Origin: Octopus sinensis
Taxonomy: Eukaryota
Assembly: GCF_006345805.1 (NCBI RefSeq)
Contig: NW_021832440.1
Location: forward strand, 1-64,000
Reading direction: 5' to 3'
DNA length: 64,000 nucleotides
The first letter of the stretch is position 1, and each line of letters opens with the position of its first letter. Made by a program: the position numbers and the translations under genes. The notes under the pieces are model-generated. The model saw only the letters and a program-made list of their open reading frames with translations, made no database searches and was not told the DNA's origin. This document shows, one piece after another, positions 14,190 through 26,945 of this stretch.

Positions 14190-15950
14190 TAAATTATCTA
14201 TGACCATGAGCTATCTAATAAGACGAGATGTTTATTAGGACAACATATCCTAAGACAACCCTCATCTCTTATGCCCAGCTTCCACAGCCGGTACTGAGAT
14301 GGCCTTGTCCACACGTATTTCCAATTCAAAGGATTTTTTGGTAGGCACTCTGCTACTGTTTGCTCCATAACTAGAATCAAAAATCCCTATCTCATCTCAA
14401 TTTGCATGCTTTCCAACATTTTTAAGTACGAGAAATTGCATGTTTGCATCCAGACCAATGGTCTTCAAGTGACTTTTGAAGAATCATAAGACAATCCATT
14501 CAAGTCAGCACAACATGAATTATTTTCACCTTTTCCCAGTGAATTGCCTCTAATTCATTTGCTAACAGATCATATTTATAGAACTTCACCACTTGTTGCA
14601 TAAACCCGATCTCACATCAGGGTATGCCCGGCAATTAGTTTGGTTTGATCAATTGAATGATACTTGATTTTTCCAAAGAAACTGAATTTCGTTTTTGCAC
14701 AGAATTGTTGTAGAGACTATGGCGTTGATAGCGTTAGGGCCAAGTCTTTTAAGATGGTGGTTTGAAATGTTGTCAGGAGCATTGGAAAGGGAATTTTCGA
14801 AATTTTTAATTCTATTGGTAAGCCTTCTCCGAGATTTGACAATCTAACAATCATTTTTGTTAGATGTTTTGTGACTTAATGAAGCGTCATATTTCATTAG
14901 CGTATTTTTCTGCTAAACTTGATTAAGTGGGGTGTTTGATTGAAAATAGCAGATTTGTAAGATTTGGCTTTTCATTCATCAAATCATTCATGTCCTTGAG
15001 GGTCTTCCAGATGTTTGAGCTGTTTGATCTCCAGTTGATTGAGGCGATAAATTCAGTCCACTTGGAATCCAATTTGTTTGTTTAAGTTCAGTTCGATAGA
15101 GGACTCGGTAGAGTGACCTTTTACCTGTTTCAGTTTGTTGCGAGTCTTTATGAAAGAGTTTACTCCTTACCAGTAACTTATGGGGAATTTTTTAATTTCT
15201 TTTAAGAAATAAATTTTTTGGAATTCGAAATGATAAAAGCAATTTATCGCTGCATTGTCGAGTGAAAGCTGTTGATGTAAAAATCAATCAGGAAATTTTC
15301 TAGAGTAGGACGGTATTCGTCCCAAGAAGTTATTTTGTAGTTAGCAGCGTTGTAGGTCAACGAGTCAATGTTAGATTTCAGAGCATTCTCCATTATGATT
15401 GGGTTATGGTCAGTAATTAGGTCATAAAAAACTTTCAGAAGGTGACAGAGACCAAAATTGGAGTAAACAGTGAGATGTCGAGACAGGACATTGCGTTGCC
15501 TTTTCTTGACGGGGTTCAGATATGAGATAAGGAATTGTTGAGGATTACTAAACTATCAAGTTGATTAAGTAGAAGAGATCCTTTTGAGTTGAAGCATTGA
15601 TTTTTAATTCAAATCGGAATCTTCGCGTTTATGTCAACATAAATAAGGACATTTGCCGAGAGACTGGAGGTTTTGTATGGAAGAGGTCCAACCGTGAGGA
15701 CAGGACGCTGCAGAGGAATATAAATATTGTACCTCATGCTTCATGAAATACCTGGGTATCCTTATTGCTCGGAAGAAAATGGATGCTCGCGAGTCCTCTT
15801 GGCTGAGGCAGAGGATTTCGCTCGCAATCGTGCGCGGAAACGCGCAAGCAATCCGTTCGGTTGGGCTCTAACTCTTGCCCCGTCGTGCTCGCAGTCGAGC
15901 TTGGCCGCTCTGTTCTTGACCTTGTTATTTCCATTTTAATTTTCTATTAA
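14190..15950 (-). mobile_element. Degenerate LINE (APE endonuclease plus start of RT)
   Basis: VDINAK and ITDHNP endonuclease-like motifs, an RPIS RT motif near 14300, and a GC-rich 5' region. Heavily disrupted. Confidence 0.55.
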
Positions 15951-16079
15951 AATTTTATCAAATAATCAAGTCGAGGTCAAGAATTTTTATTTAATAGATA
16001 AAATATACTAAAGGAGAGGTCTGGACGGTACCAATTGCAAGACTAGAAAAAATATTATTTTTGTTAGTTAGTTAAGCCA

Positions 16080-18299
16080 TGTCACCGGTTGTGAATGATA
16101 CAGGCTGAGAACGATCGCGCAAATCGATTTTGCCTCAAGTGCCGTAACACCGGTAGTTAACGGCAGCGAGCGACAAATTTAAATACAAGTCATTAAGTTT
16201 TTAAACCTAATAAACTCTAATTTCTGCCCTTTGGACAAAAAAACAAGCGCGTCGTTTTGTTTGAGCTACTCTTAAATAATTCAAACAACAAAATGTATAT
16301 ATCTCATAGACTTGCTTAAAGAATGACAAATAATTACTAAATTAAGTATTATATAGTAAGAATCGTTATACTTTTTAACAGAATACATTTCAAAGAAATG
16401 TTTTGATACATTTTCCAATCAAAAAAGTATGCTTTTCTGTTACTAAAAATCTTCACTTAATCTATAATTTTTTTTTGTTTAATTTTTTAATGTTCATTAA
16501 ACAAGAAAGAAATTAAAGATAGCTAAGTTAATTAAAGGCCTCACGAGACACCCGGCCAGCCTCGCGAATGGCGAAGCCTAATTTGTCATTCTGTAAGCAA
16601 TGGGGGGGAAACTAAATGACTGACAAATCAGAGATCAGAAAGCCAAGATATTAAGAAAAATTTATTATAAAGAAAAAAAGTGTTAATTAGTTTCTAAACT
16701 TGCCAGGTCTCTGCTATCTTCTTGTATTTCTCTGCCATCTTCGGACTCCAGTATCACCATACCAGTGGGTGAAAATCCTTTGACATTGTATATTCTTGTA
16801 TCATGGTGCTCGTTTAGATACCGCTTCCGCGTCCCTTTATTTTTGTCAGTTTTAATTCTTCTAACAACTTTTTCCCCAATTTTAAAAACAGAGGTGTCAT
16901 TCTTCCACATGTTTTTTTTTAGCATTTTTTCTTCCGCCGCATCCGAGTACTGGACAGCCTTTGTCCTTGTACTACTGACAGTAAACCATTTCCAAGCCAT
17001 ATAATTCTCTACGTCATCTTTTTCATCCATGTTGGATGAATCCAAATCTGCGAATAGGAGATTAAGTTCTTCTTCGCTATAGTGTATGTTTGCAGACTGA
17101 TCGGCATTTTCTCCAAACATAATTCTGAACGGTGCAAACGACGTAGTGGAATGCACCGTTGAGTTATATGAACTGGTTATCCGGTCTATAATCGAAATCC
17201 ATTTATAATCGAGGTTTTCAGACAAACAGGTGGAGGACAACATATATTTCAGAGATTGGTTTAGTCTTTCCACCTGCCCCTGCACCCAAGGGCACCTTGC
17301 ACGACCTCTCACGTGCTTTATCTTGTACTCATCGCACAATCGGGAGATCCTTTCGTTGACAAATTCCTTCCCATTGTCCGTATGAAGAATTAATGGTTTT
17401 CCAAACATTAATATTATTTTATTTATTGCTTTAGACACTTCCATAGCTGATTTAAACAATAACGGTGACGTCCAACAAAACTTTGAGAATGAATCGAGGC
17501 CAACCAAAAGCCACGCGTAATTTTCGTTCTCATGAGCATAATGACGTAAATCGATTAGATCAAAAATATATCTAACATTAGACTGAATAGTGATACCTTT
17601 CTCTCACGCTATAGGCTCTTATTGGCTTAATTACAGGTCTGGTGTTCATAAGCTTTCTCGCCTGACATTGGCAGCATGATTTGAGGACTGACATAACCTC
17701 ATTCCGACAAGACCCATAAACAGTATCTTTAAGGAGAAAAGCAGCTTGTCTCGACCTGGATGTCCATTTTTTAAATGAGATTTTCAATAAAAAGTTTCTT
17801 TTCTTCTACTTCCTCGAGAGCAAAGGTACGTAGTAAGATTCCCGAAGTTTTGAAGTAAAAAATGTCATTTTTGGAGTCCGACAATCTGAATAATGATGCC
17901 GTTCTCCTGAAATTTGACTCATTCTGATTCTGAGTCACTTCATCTGGCATTTCACCATCCTTAAGAAATGCTATAATTTCCGATTTTTTCTGTCGAGTCA
18001 ATAAAACGAACTTCATAACAAAAAATTATGTAACGTGTTCTGAAAATTTCGATTTTCAAATGAGGTCAGCCATTCTAAAAAATTAAAATTTTCTTTCTTT
18101 TTTAAACTAAAAAATCTAAAGTGATGATTTTTGTGATTATATTAATTTAATTTTTTGATAATCTATATTTTTGAGGTTTTGTTTTAGCGTAGCAACGGCA
18201 CGGCGTTTACGGCGCAATCGATATTGCGTATCAACGGCGTTAACGGCAAAATCGATTTTGCGCGATCGTTCTCAGCCTGCAATCACTCAACCGGTGACA
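16080..18299 (-). mobile_element. Ginger2/TDD-like DNA transposon with retroviral-type integrase
   Basis: Termini TGTCACCGGTTG...CAACCGGTGACA with long imperfect TIRs; 5-bp TSD AGCCA at 16075-16079 and 18300-18304. Confidence 0.9.
16683..18016 (-). CDS. DDE integrase/transposase (HHCC + rve core), spliced, with 1-nt frameshifts
   Basis: HLKNGHPG...CCQC zinc motif, then FDLID, LHTDNGKEF and QGQVERLN. 25-nt GT-AG intron at 17572-17596. Confidence 0.88.
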
Positions 18300-18500
18300 A
18301 GCCATATTCAGCCGATTCCGGCCATTGGCGATTCTGTAAGACAAGACGTTTAACGTGACGTGTAACTCAATATAACCTTATTTTTGTTACAATACGTTAA
18401 TTTTTAATGATTAAAATATGATTTGTTCAAGGTTAAATTAAAATTTTTCAAGTTAAAATGTAACCGGTTGCCCATGTCACATAATATGCCCCTCTCTAGG

Positions 18501-19273
18501 TTAGAAAAGTGGAGATAACCCCACTAAACTTATCCCATTAGCAGATATTGTGTAAACTAAAATATTATTTATCAAAATATACTATGGGAAGATCCTCCTG
18601 TTCGTCGATCAGTCTTTGCGGCTTCTTTTATCGCATCGTGAGCTATTCCAATGGCCTCACTTTCCGTAGTGTATATTCCAGAATAACTGGCCATAATTAA
18701 AAAAAATACTGTGCGATTATCCAATTGAATGCTGTGTCTCCTCCAGACCCGATTGTTGATACGGAATTTGTATTGTCTATTATAAAGAAGGGATCTATTT
18801 CAAATGTATAAATCCCTCCATTGTACACACATACCAAAATTACACTCTAAAAATATTACAAGAATTTAAATATACCGATAATTCGTCTGGAAGTATGAAT
18901 GGTGACAGGAATTTTTTGATAAAGTCTATCAAAATCACAGGGCCTACATTACATGACAGTCTAAAAACAAATAAATTCGAAAATACGTATAAAAACGACG
19001 AATCTTGGCTTTCATTGCATTAAATACGCTCATATTTCCAGAAAACCAATAATTGCATTATTGGTTATCTGAAAGATTTTGGTAGAATTGTCATCATCTG
19101 ATTTGTAAATACAAAAATTCATTACAATGTTCTAGAGGCGTATTCGGAAGATAGGTAACTCTGGTATCTGAACCGAGAACTACCCCTCCCACATAAGGCA
19201 TTGCTAACACTGTTGTAGAACTTGTTGGATTCTAAAACAAAATTATAAAATTTTAAGCCACCATTCGAAACAT
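18501..19273 (-). CDS. Highly divergent 20S proteasome beta-type (Ntn hydrolase) subunit, 7 exons
   Basis: Spliced: MFRMNPTSS|TTVLAMPYVGGVVLGSDTRVT...STKIFQI...GF[S]G...STIGSGG...AIKEAAKTDRRTGG...YTISANG. GT-AG introns at 19232-19261, 19098-19125, 18961-18986, 18847-18875, 18687-18709 and 18557-18582. One T is missing in a homopolymer near 19043. Confidence 0.88.
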
Positions 19274-19847
19274 TGTTATTAACTTAGCACGCTAAAATAT
19301 TCATAAATATCACTTTAATCACGGTTTAGCGTTATGACTAAAACTTCAAAGATTCCACAGTCTGAAATTTCAGTATGGTTTTGAGAAACAAGATCAAAGA
19401 AAAATTGGAGACAATTCTCCTTCAAGGAACAAAAGATTTTTTTGCCTCGAATTTATTTATAGTGCATCCCAGAAAGATAAATAATAATCCTATTATTATA
19501 AAGAATCCTATTATCCTATTATTATAAGAATATTTTAGTTGTAAATAGTTTTTATTAAAAAGACAGTAAATTGGTTCAAATATCGGCTTTTAATATTAGT
19601 CCAATTTGTTACCACCAACGAATTTGTGGAAATCCCGGTTGACACAAACATCCTGATGCCTGTTGTTAACTGCGCGTTGACCTGCCCATTCGTCCACTAT
19701 ATAATTTTAAAATTATATAAAAATGCAATAAACAAACTATATATATTTTTTTAATTTGTTAAAATTATTTTTCAATTTATTATTTTTTAATTAAAATATA
19801 CATCTAAATAAATTTTGTTTCCTTTGTTGTTGTGGCGTTCTTGTTAA

Positions 19848-20261
19848 ATGGATTTTAATATAAACGATACAGGTTATTTTTTATTAATTACATTGCTAGG
19901 TTATACTTATGAAGAATTAATTAAAATTTGTAAAAAGTTGATGTCTCCTCGATGCAAATTCACTTGTTCAAGTCCGGAAATTCAGCATATGTTTTCACCT
20001 GGTTTCAAAGAGTATTTAAAGGCGAATAACCTCCTCAACAAGAGAGTCACAATCCATACATTCGGTGATGGAGACCCCAGAAGATGCCTTTATTGTGGTC
20101 GACTTGTCCGAAAAACTTCGGCAAGTACTTTTATGCTTCGAAGGAATCACTATGCCCATATTCGTTGCATAGGATTTGTGTATGGACGTGACCATTTTAA
20201 ATTCTTTCCAGAATCCGAACAAGCAAAAGTCGCAAACTTTTATAAGTTTTCTGTTCAATAA
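19848..20261 (+). CDS. Orphan Cys/His-motif protein (CLYC...HYAHIRC)
   Basis: Clean ATG-TAA ORF after an AT-rich intergenic region; possible in-frame 27-nt intron near 19873-19899; aataaa at the end. Confidence 0.55.
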   Translation: MDFNINDTGYFLLITLLGYTYEELIKICKKLMSPRCKFTCSSPEIQHMFSPGFKEYLKANNLLNKRVTIHTFGDGDPRRCLYCGRLVRKTSASTFMLRRNHYAHIRCIGFVYGRDHFKFFPESEQAKVANFYKFSVQ

Positions 20262-21349
20262 AATTAAATTTACTTTTATCCTATTGCTTTCATATGGATT
20301 GCTGCCCCGAAAGCACGATATGAGCTTCTCACCTTTTGCAAGCGGTCACAAGGTAGATAAGTAGGGGCGAGAGAGTACTCACATTTGTCCCAACAGTGAG
20401 CTCCGTTTTTGTCAGTTACACTTTTATCATGTCATCCTCGTTAAAGAGGCAGGACCTTTATAGGCAGGTCTCGACGGACGGAGGCTCTCGATGTCGATAT
20501 AATGACTGGTCAGCACTTGAATTACATAGGAAATATGCCGCAGTTATAAAAGTCAGTTGAAACAAAGAAAAATCTCCAATTAATTAAAGTTAATCTTAGT
20601 TCAAGGTTAATGTAAAAGGCTGGCCATAGGTATCGCGTGGCCCATATGACATAATATCAACTGCAAAGGCCAAATCTTTGATTTAAGATTCACTTTTCAT
20701 TTTTCTAAAAGTTTATTTAGCATCGAGAAACTTCTTTCGACAGATAATGTGGTTCCCGGACATTTCCATAAATACACGAATAATTCAGGAAGGAATTCTC
20801 TCAAATTAGCTTCTTGAATGCTATTCCATGGCATTGAATTTGTTCTTTTTTTAAATATTGTGCAATTTCACATGGATTTTCCGCAAAGTCGATATAATTA
20901 ATACATTGAATAGCATCTTTAACAGTATAAAAAGTATCTGCACATTTCTTTATTCCTTCACTTAGACAGTTGTAAAATGATATGTCTGCTAGGTTCCGCT
21001 CCAGTGAATCAGAATCTATCGCCTTCTTTGCATTCAAAACAATTTTTCCATTATTCGATAACGAGAAAACAATCCTTCGGATTTTGTTCAAATGTTTTGA
21101 ATAATGTGTTGCATTTAAGCGTCAAATCTTCATCGATGATATTAAGAAATCGATGTCTTGATAGTGGAACGCACTTTTAGTAAGTGGGCGAAACAAGTAA
21201 GGTGAATCATATTCGGATAAAATATACGTATGCTAGTTGCGGCTAACATCATATACGGTGCAGCATCAGTTAACAACAAAACAAAGTTTTTTCTCTCAAC
21301 TTGGTGAATTTCGTAAGCAATTATCAATTGTTTGACAAATTCAACACAA

Positions 21350-23700
21350 ATACAGTCAGCGCTGTCCGTGTTTTATCATCTGATGACAGAGTTCTTTCCA
21401 TTACACCAAGTGTCCTCGCTGAGCTTAATGCAAAACATCCGAGTCCCCCCGCGGACCTTCGCTCTACTACTCTAAACTCCGATTACCCTGCAACCTATGC
21501 CCCCAAAGAAGATGTTCTAGATGCTATTAATTCCCTCGCAACCGGCAGCTGCGGGGGCATCGACGGACTACGCCCAGGGCATGTGAAAGATCTACTCTCA
21601 AGCCACACCTGCGAGGCCGGCGCTCGGCTCCTCGTCTCCATAACTGCTCTGACAAACATGATCATCCAGGCACAAATCCCCGAGTACGCTCGGGACCTCC
21701 TATTTTCTGCAAACATCACCGCATTGAGGAAGAAGGAAGGCGGGATCCGCCCTATTGCTGTTGGTACATTTTTTCGCCGTCTAGCTTCCAAAGTAGCCTG
21801 TAGACAAGTTACCAAGTCTTTGGGCCAGGAACTACGCCCGTTTCAGTTGGGCGTCGGTGTCCGCGGCGGCTGTGAAGCTGCTGTCCATGCCGCAAGAAAG
21901 TTTATTCCGCCTCGTCCGAAAGGCCGGATAACGCCTCTGTACTCGTGAAGCTAGACTTGACAAATGCCTTCAACAGTCTTCGTCGGGACTGTATTCTCGA
22001 AACTTGCTACCGCCGTGCTCCCTCAATTGCCCGCTTGGTATCTATGGCTTACTCCAAGCCAAGCCTCTTATTGCCGATGACCAAATCCTACATTCCAGCA
22101 ACGGTGTTCAACAGGGCGACCCACTTGGCCCGTTGCTTTTTGCCCTGACGATCGATCCTGTTGTTCGGAACATCTCATCTCGTTTCAATGTATGGTACCT
22201 GGACGACGCTACTATCGGAGGTCCGGTAGGTTCTGTCCTTAAAGATTTGGAAAATCTGATCCCCTCCCTTAATTCTCTTGGCCTATCCATCAATCCCTCA
22301 AATCCGAAATTGCCAATATTGGCTTTACCCCAGAAGATTTTACCTCTGTATTTAATACGTTCTCGAATGTCCTTCCAAATATCCGCAGGACCTTGATTGA
22401 AAATTTGAAAATCTTAGGGTCCCCTATATCTAATCTGGGTGTTGAATCATCCCTATATGCTAAAACATCCTCGCTGGTGGCAATTTCTAACAAACTAGCA
22501 AAAATCGATTCCCATTCCGGCCTGTTTTTCCTACGCAATTGTTTTGCAATTCCAAAGCTTCTATTTATCCTCAGAAGTGCCCCATGTTTCTTTAACCTGA
22601 GGGCTCTCGAATCATTTGATTTTTCGCTTAAATCCAGCTTGGAGTCCATTTGCAATATTACCCTCGATGAGATCGGTTGGCAACAGGCCATCCTTCCTAT
22701 AAGCCATGGCGGTATTGGTATCCGATCATCTGTCGACCTTTCTATCCCGGCGTACTTATCTTCAGTTAATGCGACAAATGATCTGGTCCAGGAGATTCTC
22801 CAATCCGTAACCGAATCATCTATGGACACAGAGTCGGTCGCCGCAAAAAGTTGCTGGAAAGGGATGTCTCTGGAAATCCCGGAGAATACGCACGCTCAAG
22901 GCCAATGGGACCGGATCCTTTGCGACCACAAGATAAACAGCCTCAAGCCGAAACTCAATCAACATCGCTTGGCGTGCTTATTGGCCGCCTCGCAACCATA
23001 CTCCGGTGCATGGCTTACAGCAATCCCTATGGCGTCAATCGGCACCTTAATGGACAACGACTGTGTAAGGATTTCCGTCTCTCTCCGCCTCGGACTTCCC
23101 ATTTGCAAAACACACCAGTGCCGCTGCGGTTTAAGAGTGGACCCTTATGGCCATCATCCCCTCTCCTGCTCACGTAGTGCCGGACGTTTCCCACGACACG
23201 CCGCCATCAACGACACCGTGAGCCGTGCCCTAACGACGGCGGGGTTTCCTAATGAGCTCGAACCAGTCGGGCTCGACAGAGGCGACGGTAAGCGCCCGGA
23301 TGGCATGACAATCTTCCCGTTTGAAAAGGGGAAATGCTTATCTGGGACGCCACCTGCTCCGACACTTTCTCCGCCAAGAATCTAATTGCCTCCGCTGCGG
23401 AACCGGGCTCAGTTGCAAAGCAGGCGGAACTAACAAAACAGAAGAAGTACCGGGTCCTGGCCATGAATCACCTATTCGCTGCAGTCGCGGTGGAAACCTC
23501 TGGAGTCATCGGTCCGCAGACGCTATCGTTTCTCCGTCGCCTTGGATCTAAGCTCGTGGTTGCCACGAAAGATCCCAACGAGTCGATCAGACTCTTTCAA
23601 AGGATCTCATTGGCCATCATGCGCGGGAATTGCCAGTCGATTCGCTGCGCATTTTAACTCTTTTCGTTTATTAACAATAAGTTTGTCAATTAAATAAATA
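21350..23700 (+). mobile_element. CRE-clade non-LTR retrotransposon (RT + restriction-like endonuclease), 5'-truncated
   Basis: GIRPIAVG, KLDLTNAFNS, GVQQGDPLGPLLF, WYLDD, HQCRCG..HPLSC..RH, GKRPDG, WDATC, AVETSG; a few 1-nt frameshifts. Confidence 0.92.
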
Positions 23701-23941
23701 TTGGTCGGGTTGTCAATCTTTCCAGCAATAATGTTCACATTTTTTTAAAGAATGTTGGGTTTCGTCTATTACTAAAAATATTTGACTCCCTTTGAAATAT
23801 TCTTTAAGTTTTTCAACCTGTTTCACAAAAATAGTGGAAACAAGATTTCTGGAATGTGTCTCACTAGGCAGTTTTTTTAAAGTTATTAATGTAAGAAAAG
23901 TTATTATATCGAAAGAGAAGAGATTGATTTGAGAAATCAAT

Positions 23942-26900
23942 TGAGGAAGCCCGCTGCCTGTATGGAAAGCGAGTTCCCTCGGAGTATGGCTATTCCGATC
24001 CTTTGTCTTAGCCATACTCCTTCACGAGGATCATTTTCTTTGTGGCGAGCATTCTTCCGAGTTCGCGCAAGAACTCGGCAGTCGCTGGGCCAAAGCTCCT
24101 GATGACTCAGCCGCAACAGGGGTGAATCTGTAGCGGTCCCCGAGGAAGGAATATTTTTTGGTTTTAAGGTTTTCCGCGATTGAGGCAGCTGCTCCAGGTG
24201 TCTGAACCGATTTAAGGAGATTCGTGCTTGAGTAAGTATCGACGCAAGTTGCGTCCCAGACCAAAGATCGTCCGGAGTTGAAAGGGAAAAGAGTCATCCC
24301 GTCAGGTCTCTTTCCATCACCTCGATCGAGACCCACTGGTTCAAGCTGTGCTGGGAAGCCTGCAGCCTTCAGAGCTCTGACGATCACGTCGTTCAGAGCG
24401 GCGTGACGTGGTCCTCTTCCGGCGGATCTCCTGGATAGGCGGGTGCAATCCCTTCGCATCGACCGTTTTCCCGCAGCGGCATCGGTGCTCCTGGCAAACG
24501 TCTAGTCCAAGTCTTTGTCCGATTCCAATCCTCAAAGAATCGTCGTCCAAAAAAGTCCCGAGATTTGGGCAAGGGATTGCACCAAGCCATGCTCCGCTCC
24601 CTCCACTTGAGGCTGACACCAGGCAAGCAAGACGATGTTGATTTGCTTCTTTTTTAAGCCCTTCTGAAATTTTGGAGCAGACAATGTTATCCCAGTTCCT
24701 TTGTTTCGTTGTGTCTTCGGGGATTTTGAGTCCTGACCCGTTCCAATCCCGGCAAGCTTCATCAAATGACTCATTCCAGCGAAGTCCAATAGTGTGACGA
24801 AGGACTTGCCGTGTCAAATGGTTGCAGCTTGAGAGAGACGAAAGATATGCCGGGTACGCGACCTCCAGCGCCGATCTTAGACCGACACCCCCAAATCCAG
24901 AGGGAAGCTTACATTGCTTCCAACCGAGTTCGTCGAAGCGGACGTTGATTAGTGACTCAACAGTTTGTTTGAGAGATTTGTCTATCGAAAGTAGACTGTC
25001 GTAATGTTCGTGGCAGGGTGAACTTCGCAGTAGGTATAAAAGCTTGGGTAGTCCGATGTGTTTCTCATCAGGAAGAAGGATGTGTGAGAGTCGAGGCATG
25101 ACAATCTTTTTGCGAGGCGAGATAATTCTTCATTTTTAGAAAGTAGATGGTTCCTGAGTTCGTCTTCACTGAGTGGACATCCAAGGAAATATAGTTATCA
25201 ACTGGCACAGTCGGGATCCCGGGAAGCAGTTCGTTGAAAAACTCCTTGATAGAGAGAAAGTCGGTGTTGAGTATGAGACATTTATTAACTCTGATTTGTT
25301 AATATTGATGTCCAATCCCAAGTGTTTTAATGCGGGAAGTGCTTGACGTAAAGAGTTGTATGTTTCCTCGAATGATCCTCCAATTGTGGCATCGTCGAGA
25401 TACCAGAGATTTAGTTGTGCGTCAATTGATCTCACAACATCATCAATTGTCAGGGCAAATAAGAGGGGTCCGAGCGGATCTCCCTGCTGGACACCAGTTT
25501 TTGATTTAATGATTTCATCATCAAAAACCAGAGACGTATCTTCTCCGTATGACAATTTAACAAGAGGGAAAAGCATGGGAGCCCTCTTCCAACACGTTTC
25601 CATAATGGAGTCTCTTCTGAGAGAATTGAATGCATTGGTTATGTCCAATTTGATTCCAATGCATTCGTTTGCAGTATTCTTCTGTGTGAAGAAACGCCTT
25701 GCTGCATGAACCGCTGCCTCACATCCGTTCTGGATACTAACACCCATTTGTTCTGGGAAGAACTCCGCACCGAGTGGGCGGCTCACGAGGGTCGAAGCAA
25801 TCTTCGCTGCGAGTCTTCTGAAATAGTTTCCGACCGCAATGGGGCGGATTCCTCCGTTGGGTTTTTTGAACGCGAGTAGCCTTGCGGAGAAGAGCAATTC
25901 TCTGGCATACTCCGGGATGTCGCCATTCACCATTTTCCTTATTAGGTCCGTGATCGATTTAACAAGACAGCGTCCTGCTTCCGAGGTGTAGGTGGACGTT
26001 AGGTCCTTGATATGGCCGGGGCGTAACCCATCCAAGCCTCCGCTGCTGCTGGCGGCAAAAGAAGCGATTCCGCGCCGCACTTCTGATTCGGTAATCATAA
26101 TCTCTTGGGTTCCTTCAGGATTCGAGAACTTTACATAATCACTCGGTGCACTTGGGTGCTTCTGAGTTAAGGTATTCAGGACCTCGGGGGTGCTAGACAG
26201 CACGGTGTCATCGGACGTGATAACCCGTAGGGCTGCCCGCACATCGCCCTCCAGAAGTTTCCGATTCACTCGCTCCTTCAGTTTGTTGGGGGCATCTTTG
26301 GTGAATGCACCTCTGGTTTTGACCGCATTGGCAATAAGTGGCTGTTCAAGTATTGCGTGTATGCTATGACTGCCGAAATTCAATATTCTTCCTTTCAGTT
26401 TCCCGGTTAAGTTTAGCCGGGGTTTGTTTCTTTACTCTGGTTATCAGATTCCGTTGTAGGTGTTCCGAGTGCAACAGGTGCGAAGCATATAAGTTTTAGC
26501 CAGGATCCCAGCTGTCAGAGGACAGTGCGTTGTCAATGAGGTCTGAAAGGCACGTTGCTGCGGCAATACGTGCTCCTTTTGGGATTTTTACTGGGATTTT
26601 CTGGCTTTCCGGAGGTTCGAGATCTTCAAGAGAATGTGGTCAGTATGTGGTGATGTAAAGTTTGGCTGAGCTGTTGTTTCCCGCCTGGGGACCTCGTTTC
26701 CAATACAAGGGGGGCACTGCCAGCTTGACAGCGTCTCGGCGCAGGCTTTGCTCATTTTTATGCAGCCCAAATGGGCGAATGATTCACATGGCGTGCAGTT
26801 AATTCCAAATTTCCTGATATTCGACTGCCCACAAAAGAGACATGCCCGAGTTGTCCTCAGTGGCTTTGTTCCTCGTACTTCGTCTTCGCTTCGTTCTTTA

Positions 26901-26945
26901 TTTACCATCTGAGGTTTCCGTTAATCACACCACAGCACACAAACG
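23942..26945 (-). mobile_element. Near full-length CRE-clade retrotransposon with N-terminal PHD finger
   Basis: ATG at 26908, then a C4-H-C3 finger, RT (GVQQGDPLGP, WYLDD) and RLE (KRPDG, WDATC); several frameshifts. Confidence 0.9.
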
